Source: Hydrolagus colliei (lineage: Eukaryota). Taken from it: DNA of 64,000 bases. Positions within the stretch are counted from its first letter, which is position 1. Every line of letters begins with the position of its first letter. Positions 13,000-53,384 of the stretch are shown in pieces. The notes beneath the pieces are model-generated. The model was not told where the DNA came from and made no database searches. It was given only the letters and a program-made list of their open reading frames with translations. The DNA lies in assembly GCA_035084275.1 (NCBI GenBank), contig CM068748.1, positions 24,366,001-24,430,000 on the forward strand. Direction: 5' to 3'. Both the position numbers and the translations under genes were made by a program.

Positions 13000-13808
13000 A
13001 ATAATGATAATAATAATGGTAATCCTTGCATTTGATATGTAACGCTTTTCACATATTATGGACGTCTCAAACCACTTCACAGAGTATACTGTAAGGTGAA
13101 TTGACTGTACATTTATGAGCGAAACGTGGCAGCCAATTGCGCACAGCAGTGTCCCACAACAGTCGTGGATTGAAACGACCAATTTATATTTGTTTGTTCT
13201 TGAGGGATTATTATTAGGCGTGCGGAGTAAGTAAACCTGCTCAAGGCTGGCTGGCTGGAAATCTAACCCAAGTCTCTTGCTTTTGAAAAAGAGCTGTCTA
13301 ACCACAGAGCTACAGGATTCCACAATAACAACAACAAAATTACACTTGTATAGCACCTTTCAGGTCAGGAGAACATCCCAAGGTGCTGGCCCATCAACGT
13401 TTCAGACACAATCTAATTAGTGGACCTTCTTAATGGGCGATTACATTAATTATTTTCTCTGTTTCTATGTAATGATAATAATAATCCTTGCATTTGATTT
13501 AGCGTTTTTCACATTTTATCGACGTCTCAAAGCGCTTCACAGAATATACTGTAAAGTAAATTGACTGTATATATTTGTGGGCGAATCGCGGCAGCCAATT
13601 GCGCACAGCAGCGTCCCACACACGTGGATTGAAATGACCAATTTTATTATTGTGTTTTTTTTGGAGGGATTATTATTAGGCGTGTGGAGTAAGGAAACTT
13701 GCCCAAGGTTTCACCCTGACCTGCCTGGATTGGAACACAGGTCTCCCCAGCTTGGTCTCCCCAGCTTGCAAGACAAGTGCTCTAACCATTAAGCCACAGG
13801 AGCTCCTG
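13000..13808 (-). mobile_element. Two tandem tRNA-SINE copies (13000-13322, 13473-13808) with an L2 tail fragment between them
   Basis: Family similarity; the second copy carries the 14-bp head duplication. Confidence 0.85.
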
Positions 13809-14164
13809 TGGCTAGCCGTAATGCTAGACTTGTACAGGAATCTGTGTAATTGAATCCAAAGTTAGCAATAATTCAGAATTCAAAAGAATTTTATCCGTCA
13901 GGCATTTTATGATCAAAGCAGCATCAATGCAGTGAGTTAACTGAAGTTATTTTTAATGCAATTGTACGTTTTCACTGTTAGAATTCTCAAAGGATGTAGC
14001 ATGTCAACATAGTATGCCAATACTGGAGCAAATGGATGAATTCGCCTACAAAATATACTTTACAATATACTGTATCCTGTTAAATTATTTCTGATGTCCT
14101 CCCAATATAAAAGGTGTTCCATCAAAATGCATAAAGAATATAAAGTGCAAGGATTATTCTTAAT

Positions 14165-14515
14165 AATAATAATAATCCTTACATTTTATAAAATGTCTTT
14201 CTTGTCATTGACCAGCACCTTGGGATACCATCGCGATATGGAAGGTGCTGTAATTTTGCTGTTGTTGTTGAGACGTCACAAAGCCCTTGACAGCTTAAAC
14301 TGTTAAAATAGATTGACTGTATTTTGTGAGCAAAACATGGCAGTCGCTTGCTCAAAGCAATGTCCCACAAATAGCAATGACGTGAATCTAGGGGATTGTA
14401 TGCCAGGACACTGAGAGAAGCCCACTTCTCTTTTCAAGGAATGGCATGAGATCTTTGAAGTCCACTTGGGCAGGCAGATGGACCTTGGTTTAAAGTCTCA
14501 ACCAAAGGATGAAAT
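14165..14515 (-). mobile_element. Deu-domain SINE relic (AmnSINE1/SacSINE1-like)
   Basis: Reverse strand reads CCTTTGGTTGAGACTTTAAACCAAGG..GTGGAC..AAAGATCTCATG..GTGTCCTGGC, resembling the Deu core (from memory). Confidence 0.6.
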
Positions 14516-16154
14516 ATTAAGTCCAATTTCCTTGGGATCTGATTCAATACATGATAACTCTGGATTTTACCGTACTTCGAAAACATTTTCATTCAATTGC
14601 TAGGAGAAAATAGGCAATGATACCTGCTCACACCCATCATCACAGAGTTAATCATCTTCATCTTCAAGCTAGGAGGAGAGATTATGGGTGAGTAATGCCT
14701 GGCTCAGTGAGTAATGCTCTTGTCTCTGTGTAAGAAGGTTGTGAGTTGCCGTCCACAAGTATTCTGTTTACCTAGCAGCAAGTATGAACTTGGTTGTTAG
14801 TCGATTTGCGGATCGCTTTCCAGGGGGTAATAATGCCCCCACAAAATGCAGTCACTCAATCCACGTTTGTGGGGAACACTGCTACACGTAATTCGCTGCC
14901 GCGTTCCGCCCCTGCAAAGTACACAGTAAATCCGCTTTACAACATATTCTGTAAAGCGCTTTGAGAAGTCTCAACAATGTGATGAGGCATTATATCAAAC
15001 ACAAGGATTATTTTTATTATTTGTTCAGGGTAGTTATAATAATGATTTTTAATGTAATTGTACGGAGTGTGCCAAATCTAGTCAAATCGTTCCACTTGTG
15101 GGAACCCCTGGAATATTCACACACAAGGTTTCTGCCAACAACATGATGGACAAACAAATTAAAGTCTCGCGCTGGGCAGGATCCCAGTTTGTCTCCCTTT
15201 ATGCAGCAATTTTGGGATCGAGCCAATCTCAAATATCCTTTGTCTGCAAGGTAAATTCCCAAGGATTTCAGTAATAAAGAATAGAGATTTGAATGGTACC
15301 TCTGTAGCACATTGTTATTCATTCACACCATTATATATAATGCTCAGAGCATTGCTTCTTTGATTGAAGAGGAAGATAACTAGTATTAACCGACCGGTAC
15401 CAGTTCTCTGTGTATATTATGAATTTCAAATTCAGCTTCAACTTTTGTGCTTTCAGTCATCATTAACCTCTCCACCCCTCTCAACTTTCATCCCCAGTTT
15501 GGGTGACTGTCCAGCATTGTGGAGCAATTTGAGACATGCTAAGACCATCGAAGGTGCTGTCTAAATGTAAATTGTATTGCATTGTAAATTTGCTTGGCTC
15601 CAGGTTATCTATTTCAATGATCTTGAGCTATAATCACCTTCCGTTCGACCGATACAAAATGCAAATTGTATGTCTTCCGATTCCGTTCTCCAAGATTCAT
15701 GTTTGCTTCGTTCAGTCGCTCACATCAGCTGAAGAGGAACGTTTCACTCCAAATTTTCCACTCAAGTTTCCATGTGACTTGAAGCAGAGTGAATGTGTGA
15801 ATGTTCTGAGTTTCTGAAATCTCAGAACTTGTCAGCTCCCTATTAATAATAATAATAACAACAAAATTAACAATAATCCTTGCATTTAATATACGATCTT
15901 CTCGACGTCTCAATTTATGTGGTAATCAGATTTAACATTTCAGTTAGTGCCCAGTAATTGATACTAAGGATATCTTTATCTGAAAATGCTCTGCAAATAA
16001 AGTTACCAATTGGACAAGCATCAGTGTTCATCGACTGAATCTAGGTGCTGCAGTGACTTTTAGGTCATTACTGTATCAGTATGTAGAGAAGATACGTTCA
16101 ATATGTAAATATCAAGTTTAGCTTTTGGTCTACTGCTTGGTCTTTTAGTTTATT

Positions 16155-16510
16155 AGTTAGAGCACTCGCCTCGCAAGCGAGAGGACCTGGGTTTGATTCC
16201 CGGGCAGGGTGAAACATTCGGCAGGTTTCCTTCCTCCACATGCCTCTGTTTATCTTGCAGCAAGTAGGAACCCGGTTGTTGGTCGATTGGCAGATTTTTT
16301 TCCGGGGCTAATAATCCCTTCATAATTAAAAATATTGTTCACTCAGTCCACAACTGTTTGTGGGACGCTGCTATGCGCAATGAGCTAACGCGTTTTGCCC
16401 ACAAAATAGACAGTCAATTCACTTTACAGTATATTCTGTGAAACACTTTGAAACATCTCACAGATAAAACATCTTCATAATGCGTTGTGTCAAATGCAAG
16501 GATTATTTTT
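16155..16510 (+). mobile_element. tRNA-SINE, long subfamily with extra internal ~65 bp segment
   Basis: Segment CTCTGTTTA..AGCAAGTAGGAACCCGGTTGTTGGTCGATTGG, also present at ~14700-15020, 20222-20575, 27225-27532, 44975-45210 and 49945-50325. Confidence 0.8.
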
Positions 16511-16899
16511 TTTTAAAAACCCTAACTGTTATGCATTATCAGGAAGATACAAGTATTTTTTGCATAAATCAAGTTTCAATCACTTCAATATCTTCATGAA
16601 GTCCCATACATGGTGATGTTTGCCTACAGTTTTAAGAGCATAATTTAGATTCAAAATGGAATATAGACCCTGAGTCATTTATAACTTTGCACGTGTTCTG
16701 TTATTATAACTGCAGCCACCACATTCCATTTTTAAAACAGTTACTTTATGCATATTAAACGTCAAATCAATCGTTAAAGAAGTTGTTGGATTTTAAAGGT
16801 CTCACAACACTATTTGAAACAGAAGGTAAAGGGTGCGTCCTGGTTAACAATCCCCCAGATAAAACTGGTCATTCCCTTTCTTGCTGGTTGTTGTAATGT

Positions 16900-19540
16900 T
16901 ATTTAACCTGAAACACAATGTTTATTCACTCAGTACTTTACTCGAACTCTACCAATCAAAATCTGTAAGTCACTCTTCCCAGAATCCTTTTATACTTACA
17001 TCCTTCATATTCAATTGCCACTTGTGTTGTCTTTGTGCAACACTTTCCTTCTTTTAGGTTTTCCTTTCTTGTTTTTTTCAATCTTGTTCTATCATTCTTT
17101 GTGGTCTTTTTAGTTCTTCTCCGCCTCTGGTTGTTCTCCCAGTTTCTGCCACTCCTTGCTCTTCCTTCCGCTTTTCCCTTTTCTCCTGTATTTTCTTTAT
17201 TGTTCTATGTTTGATCTCCCATGATGTTCATCTATATATCTTAGCTTTTGCCATCTTTCACCCAATCGGAAGTGGGGTTCTTATCTTTTCCCCCAAATAT
17301 TTCCTTTGATCCAACCTCCCGTTTTTAGTTTTTCCTTCTCCAAAACCGTATACAGCTTTTCCTTATTTAGAACTTTTTTTTCTTCTGCGGCTTCTGTGGC
17401 TTGTTTCTTCCAATTTCTTTGTCTCCGTACCTTTGGTCTCAATTTTGTTTCCTCCCATATTAACCCATCCCTTAATCTTCTGGACATCAACATCTGTCCA
17501 GAAGATGTCCAGACATCTGTGCTGGTGACTGCCCTTGGTCATCTATTGGTGCATTTCCGCCTGGTGTTTGATTCCACAGCTTTCTTCCACATTTTTTTTT
17601 GTTTGTATGTTTCTTTCCACCACCCCACTGCTTTGTGGATATCCTTTTTTTTTATTTGTGCGTTTCACCCACAAACATACAGTCAATTCACTTTACAGTA
17701 TATTCTGTGAAGCGCTTTGAGACATCGATAAGACGTGAAAAGTGCTATATCAAATGCAAGGATTATTATTATTATAATATTCTGGTGATGATATTCGGTG
17801 ATCTAAGTCCCACTGTTTTTAGTGATTTTTTTCTATTTAACACTCGCAAATTGTGGCCCATTGTCAATTATATTTTGTTAGTTTTCTCTATCACAGTTTC
17901 TGCAGTTGTATCATTTAACTCTACCTGTTCACTATATCTTGAGATATAGTGTACGATTAATAAATAATCTTTCCTATTGTAACAAAACAAATCTGTTCCT
18001 ATTTTTACCCATGCCATATTTGGTCTCCGTTTAAAGGTTCATGCCTTTCTCTATTTTGATGTCTTGGACATGTCTCACAATTTCCTGTGTAGTCCTCAAT
18101 TTGTTTGTTTATTTCTGGCCAAAATACTATTTCTCTTGCTCTTCACTCTTTCTATTCCCGAACGCCCTTCATGTAAATCACTCAAAAATAAGTTTCTCTA
18201 CTCTCTTGGTATTATTGTCCTATGTCCTCTACATATTATCCTTTTTCCTGATATATTTCATTTCTATACCCATAATAGGATCTTACCTCCTCTGGTGCCT
18301 CTTTTCTATTTTCTGGCCAACCTTTGTTCAGCATCTTTTGAATTTCTTTACTCACTTTATCTTTTTTGTTTGCTTCTATTATTTCATTCACAAGTCTTGT
18401 TGCTTTTGTGATTTCCCACACTTGGAACTCCATTTTCTTTTCCAATTGTTTATCCTCCTTATTCCCATTTTGAGATGAGGCCCTACACAGTGTACCTGCC
18501 ATATATATGGCTTATATATAAACTCTAAATTGTACCTTTGTAGTCTTGTTCGTATTCTCTGTAATCTAGGTGTTGTTTCCTTTCCAAAAAATTGCCTCTG
18601 ATGTGTTGTGATCATTTTCGATTGTTACTTTCTTTCCAAATATAATAATAATATTAATCCTTGCATTTGATATAGCGCTTTTCACATCTTATCGACGTCC
18701 CAAAGCGTTTCACAGAATATACTGTAAAGTGAATTGACTGTATATATTTGTGGGCGAATCACGGCAGCCAACCGCGCACAGCGGTGTCCTACAAACAGTC
18801 GCGGATTGAAATGACCAATTTTATTATTGTGTTTTTATTTTGGAGGGATTATTATTAAGCGTGTGGAGTAAGGAAATTTGCCCAAGGTTTTGCCCTGACC
18901 TGCCTGAATTCGATCACAGGTCTTCCCAGCTTGGTCTCCCCAGCTTGCAAGACAAGTGCTCTAACCACTGAGCCACGGGAGCTCCACATAGACCGTTTAA
19001 ATCTTTCACATCAAAATACGACTGCTAAACATTCCTTTTCGATCTGTGCTTTTTTTTCTGTCTCCAATAGCATTTGCTATGGTTTTTCCTTTCTGAGTTC
19101 AAGTTGCTCCTAACCCTGTCTTTCTTGCACCTACAGATATTTTAACTAGAGTGTATATATCATAAAATTTTAGCACTGGAGCTTTTGTTATAGCCTCTTT
19201 TACGTTCTTTTTCCTATATGAACTCCTTTTTTCTTTTATCAGCTCCCTTGTTGGCTCCATTATTTCTGTTACTTTGAGAATAAATCTTGCTATCTAATTG
19301 ACCATTCCCATGAGCCTTTTTACTCTTTTTTTATCTATAGATGTGGGCATTGTTTTTATTGCTATTACTTTTTGAGGATCAATTATATGTCCCAAGTATT
19401 TTACTTTGGTTACTCCTATCCGGCATTTTTCTTTGTTTAGCTCTATATTTTCTTCCAAACAGTTTTTCAGTACCTTCCACAATCTTTCATCATGTTCCTT
19501 CCATGTTTTACCACATACCTTTTTATAGCCCTGTTTAACA
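16900..19540 (-). mobile_element. Degenerate Gypsy-type LTR retrotransposon pol relic, interrupted by two SINEs
   Basis: RT (LNKEKCRIGVTKVKYLGHII..KRLMGMVN), RNase H (PRLQR..RLQRYNLEFIYKP) and integrase (WVKIGTDLF..KDYLLIVHY) in RT-RH-IN order, with many stops. The boundary below ~17800 is approximate. Confidence 0.8.
18642..18984 (-). mobile_element. tRNA-SINE (14-bp duplication subfamily) inserted in the Gypsy relic
   Basis: Full-length copy, near-identical to 40060-40404 and 53975-54302. Confidence 0.85.
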
Positions 19541-21279
19541 ACAACAACAACAAAATTACACTTCTAGAGCGTCTTTCACGTCAGGAGGACATCCCAAGGT
19601 CACTTTCATCACTGCTGTCGCTTTCACATCCCCCTCAACGATAGTATCAAGTCTATAAATTGCTTTCAATCCAATCTGTATGTTTCCCGAATGGGGCCCA
19701 ACCTCATTACCGTAAAAATAGTATTATTACAGCAACTTCCCCCAAATTCAAATGTGAACTTCATTTCTTCAATTTGCCTCTCAGTTATTCCTTTTCAGTA
19801 TTTTGGGGGTTTAGTTTTTATTTACAGCGTGAAAGTAGTGACAGCTACATGCTGTCATTGAATTCAATCTTTTGACAATCCCTGAAGAAGGTAATTTAAA
19901 ATGCTGCATCTAAATAGTGCTTGAAACCACAAATCCACTCTTTCTTCACAACACAGACAACTGACCTTGGCTGCCTGGTACGTCCGCCAGTTTTGAAAGT
20001 GCTTTGAAGGTACAGGTTTCTTTGAAGTCAACAAATCTCTTAATAAGATGAAATCTTCAATTCCATGAGCTGTTGAAGACATTGATGTACCCTTTGGTCA
20101 CATAGAAACATCCTCCTGTTGAACACAAATAATAAAATCCGCAGGAGTTATTGAATCCCACACACTTGAACAATTCTGGTGTCAATACCTTTGCAATTTC
20201 AAATTGACCAATTGATTAATTTATAATTCTTGCATTTGATATAGTGCCTTTTCACGTCCTTGAGGTGTCTCAAAGTGATTCACAATATATCAGTAGATTG
20301 ACTGTGGACGAGTTGTGGCAGCCAATTGTGCAGAGCAGTGTCCCATAGTTGTGCACAGCAGTACCCCACAAACGGTTGTGGATTGAGTGACTACATTTTT
20401 TGGGGAGGGATTATTGCCCTGGAAAGCAATCTGCCAATCGATTAACAGCTGGGTTCCCACCTACTGCTAGGTAAAAGGTGATGTGTGGAATAAGGAAATC
20501 TGTCTAAGGTTTCGCCCCAGCTGGATATCGTACCTGGGTCCTCTCGTTTGAGAGGTGAGCACGCTAACCACTACCCTCCATTTCAAATAGAGACGTGTCA
20601 AAGCTAATACAAATGGTCAGTGAGAAACACATTGACCAGCTTTTAATAATGCAATGACTTCCAAGATACATCATATTTCACTTTGCTGGATTTCACCCAG
20701 TCAAAATATAAATTTAGTATCTGAGCTCAGTTAAAGATAATTAATTACAGCAATGATCCCCATAACAGATCAATATCAGAAGACAAGTACAGCCAAAATT
20801 CCAAACACATTTAATGGGCCATACCTTTTTCCTAAAGTAGGTGAGCATAGATGTTTCCAAATAAGTCATAGATAGTGGTAAACACTGCAGGATGCTACCA
20901 CGCATGAATGGCACTATATAAATGCAAGTTGTTGTTGTTGCAGTTGATTTCCACAGGAATATGGAAGGCAGATAGAGTAGAAGCATGGATTATAATTAAT
21001 TTAAGCATGGATTATAATTAACTAGATGTAGATGTCCCTCTCATTGAACAGGTTAGATCCATATCCTTAGATTGAAAGCAGTTTGGAGGACCGGAGGCTG
21101 TTATTTTCTTGACTGTTCTCTCATCTTCCTTTCCATTGGACCTAAATCAGCTTGTGTGTGTATTTTGTGTATGCCCTAGCTGTAATGCTTTAGTTTCTGC
21201 CAGTGCACATCTGTGATCCATATTCCAGAACTCTGTGGACTGTGTCCTCTACCACTCCAAGCTTTGTGACCCCAATCCC

Positions 21280-21745
21280 CTATCCTCGCCCAAATCCATT
21301 GGCTCCCCATCACCCAGAGGATTCAATTCTAGATCCTGGTCCTCACAATCAAAGGCCTCCATGGCCTCACCCCACCCTACTTCTGTGATCTCCTAACCCC
21401 CTACCAACCTGCCTGCTCCCTCCGCTCAGCAGACTCCGGCCTGCTCCATGTCTCCCGTCCCACCATTGGCAGGCAAGCCTTCAGCCACACTGCCCATAAC
21501 CTCTGGAACTCCATCCCGCAGTCCGTCTGCCTTGTCCCCTCCCTGGCCTCCTTTAAGTCCTGCCTCAAGATCTTCCTCTTTGATAGTCCCATCGGTCACT
21601 CCAAATCCCCCCCTTTCCCTCCACCCTCCCCGTCCCGACCCCAGCTCGGGTCTGAAACAATGATTGTCCAGCACCTTGGGACATCCTCCTGATGTGAAAG
21701 CTTACAAGCTTATAAGGCTTACAAGTGTAATTTTTTGTTGTTGTT
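21280..21745 (+). mobile_element. L2 LINE 3' fragment
   Basis: Similar to the 3' part of 31360-32575; (TTG)n tail. Confidence 0.8.
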
Positions 21746-23066
21746 ATTCTCTGGACTTGTCAACCAGGCTGGGCAATGCAGAACTGGCAAACGAAAACTC
21801 AGCTTCTCTGAGTTCTTCGTAGCTGGAACTGTTTTTTTTCTTGAACATGCAAAGAATTTCTGTGTGTGTTAGACCATTGATTAACCGAAAATAAGGAAAA
21901 TGCCACGTAGTGCACTTCGGAAACATTCATGTGCCTTATCACATCTTTTATTAGAATGCTTCATTCCCCCCTCTATTCCAAACAATTAGAACCAGAAGGA
22001 ATAAATCAAGACACAAAACTTCTGGGTGGCTACCAATAAATAGGCGCACAATGTCATGCCCTACGAATGTACAGCAATTGTTTCCTTCCCTCCAAGTGAA
22101 AGGTATTGGCATTTCTACAGGACTGGTTTCTGTGACAACAAACCCACAGCAAATCGCACCCTTGTCTTCAAGGTGTTTCTGAACTCCATTCAATTCTCCC
22201 TTCTAGCTTTTTATTAAAGGGGACGTAAAGAATGCATTTGCCTTCTTCAAATCGTTTAATTCACTTTGCACCTTGAGCAATTTAGCATCGAGTAGCGTAC
22301 GCCCTTAGCTGGATAGATATTTGTTGGGAGTACTGCGCAGCTCTCAAACATGTACCTTGACAATTGCCACAAACTTCTAATGTTGACTTTCATTACAAAC
22401 AGCCTTGTTTCCTTGGTAGATTTTTTTATTTACACATTAAAGCACACTATGGCAAATGTAAGGATTATTACTTTTATCGGAGTAGATGAACCATACGTAC
22501 AAAAAAAAAGAATCAATACTAATAATAATTGGGTCTCTTAGTCCATGACTGTTTGTGGGACCACAGCTGTGCTCGATTGGCTGTCGGGTTTGGCCACAAA
22601 ATATACAGTCAAATCACTTTAGAGTGTATTCTGTGAAGCTCTTTGAGACGTCTAGAAGATGTGATAAGGCGCTATATCAAATACGAGGATTGTTATTATA
22701 TCAAATGCAAAAAATATTATTATTTAAATTCAAAGATTGTTACTCTATCAAATGCAGGGATTGTTACTGTATCAAATGCAAGTATTATTGTGTGAAATGC
22801 AAGGATTATTACCATGATGATCAAACAGTGCTTGAGAGTGGGGGCTGGAAAGGCGCATGCGTACTCTAGTCCCCCCCCCCCCCTCTCTCCACTCACACCA
22901 GCCGCCGTCAAGACGTCAAGCACTGCGGCGGTGACGTGCTCCGTAAAGACGCACGCTGCGTCGGCGTCGTGCGGTACGGCACGCAAGACCCGTACGTCTG
23001 AGTCCGTCCGTGCGTGCGTGCGTGCGTGGGGAGGGCGGGCGCGAGGGCGGACGACCGTTACGGGAG

Positions 23067-23076
23067 GTCACGTGAC
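23067..23076. promoter_or_regulatory. CLEAR element (TFEB/TFE3/MITF site)
   Basis: Perfect palindrome GTCACGTGAC 50 nt upstream of the ATG of a V-ATPase gene. Confidence 0.8.
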
Positions 23077-23126
23077 GGGGAGGGCCCAGAGAGAGGCGAG
23101 AGAGAGAGTCGGAGAGAGGAAGAAAG

Positions 23127-51253
<28,127 letters not shown>

Positions 51254-53150
51254 AGTTTCCGATTCATTAAGAGTTATTTTCCCCCCCAAAAAAAACTGCA
51301 TAGAAGTAGATTGCTTCAGTGGAACATTCTGTGCACACTCCATCAGATGTTAGCCTGTGTCTGTATTCTTTTCATTGTAAGGATTTAAAATTGAAAGAGT
51401 ATTATTGTGAAATAAGTGTGTGGAATCCACAAATCCAACTGTTCCCGAAATGAAACCCTAATCTGTTGGTACTGAAAGCATATTACAATTTACAGAAATA
51501 TGTTTACAGTGGTAGTTGACGGGAAGTTTATTTATTTACATTCTCTTTCCTAGTGTGGTTGTAAAACATAATTAAATGAATGAATAATGCAGATTGGTAT
51601 CCAGTGGAGATGAAACCAATCCCTTTGCCTGATCCTAAAGTGCATCATGCAACCTCACCTCATTCTGATGTCCCAAAACGGAGGCAGCCTAGCTATTAAG
51701 GCATTTATTGTAACAACTTACATACTGTCAACCATACACAATTTGACTTTATGGAAATTCTGTATAACTAGGATATTTTTGTATATGGAAAATGTGGTCA
51801 ATTTTGTGTTGAGTTGATGCTTTGGTATTTTATCAGCAATATAGAAAGAAATCAAAATCAAGCACTTGGTGTTTATATAAATAGAGCTCATCTGATCTAC
51901 GGGACATACTTATTGAATTTGAGCCCTGCTTGCCGACATTTAAAGACGTGCATATTTGAATCGTGTTTGTGTGATTATGGCAGTAATTTTGTTGCTAATT
52001 GTAATTTATATCAAAATAATTTAAATGAAATCAATGTGAGTGATTAACGAGATTTGCTGTTTATGCCAAAATATCATATATATGTGGCACATGGATTTGT
52101 TTATTCAATTACGATCAAAATTAGAAAACTGGGAGAAAATTTCTTTATATAGCAATCATATATATGATTGATTATGTCCCTGCTCTTTATTTTTGTGGTG
52201 GATGAAAAATCAGATTATAATCGATATTGATCTGTTATGTTTGGTAACGCATTCTGCTTGTGTTCCTTTACAATGAATTACAATTTTAAATATATGAATG
52301 ACAAAAAATCTACCTTTACATTCTTTGTATTCTTTGCCTATATTTTCTAAAGACACTCTTTTAAACCATTGATCCTCTTCTTTTATAGGCTGACTTTCAT
52401 TAAAAAAAATTAACTGACTTGTGCGGTTGGAATTTTATTGGACTTGTGTTTGTGTATGTGTTGTGTTCTTGTAATGCTTGTGTGAGCAACTTAAATTACA
52501 ACGCATTCAATAACAAATAATGTTTGGACTTCATCAAAAGGCTCTACAGTGTTGCATTTTGTTTCCCAACTGGTTAGGAAGAGATACTACGTGAGAATAT
52601 TAATTGTAACATGTGATATTCGCTTTAGTGCAAAATATGTCAATGCAACATTCTGTTTGTGTTTAGATGGATTTGATATTGCTTTTTTCCCTACGTCAGT
52701 CAAAATGTGAAACAGTTTAATGACACTTTGAATGCTCTACAATATATCTTTGTTCTGTGGACCTGTGTGCATTTCACCTTTATGTATATTACAGTTTACT
52801 AATCGCAATTTCTTCAGCTGATGACTGAATGCGGTACCAAAATTAAGTAAATTTGTGTACAATATTTAGGTTTCTTTAATTGTCTCTGGTTTTTAAAGAG
52901 TTAATTGTGTTTGAAATGTGTCATGTAATCTGCTAGAATTTCCCTGAATTACCTTGTCAATTATGGTTGTGTAGTCTGCTATTTTAAGAATTGTGTACTT
53001 TATTTTCAAGGATTGTATCAAAAGCATTATTTTGTCATTGCTGTACTACATAGATTTACCAAGAGTATGCTGACATTGTGTTTATTGTATGAGGAAGACA
53101 CAATAAAGAAACTGATACCATATAACATTGTCAGGAATGATATTAATAAA
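51254..53150 (+). other. Probable long 3' UTR of ATP6V1B with candidate poly(A) signals
   Basis: AT-rich stretch after the stop with no recognisable repeats. ATTAAA at 51571; AATAAA at 53102 and 53145, shortly before the SINE cluster starts. Confidence 0.5.
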
Positions 53151-53384
53151 TGGCAGTGACACAAACGCAGAATTCATTTTGCAATACCTAACCGTTTGAT
53201 GTACAGTCCAGGGATGCCTTAAGTTTACAGCACTTGGAAACCTAGTGAGAATTCTTCTGCTAACCAGAACTTTCTCCAACTGTTCCAAATGTAGATTCTA
53301 TCAGAACAAGTTCCTACAGGTGACATATTTCCATGTTTGTGTTCTGTAATCTCATTTCAGATCCCTGCATACAGGACAAACCCA

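Noticed and set aside
22670-22812. CRISPR-like array
   Set aside because: Tandem units with no spacers, derived from a SINE tail, in a eukaryotic genome.
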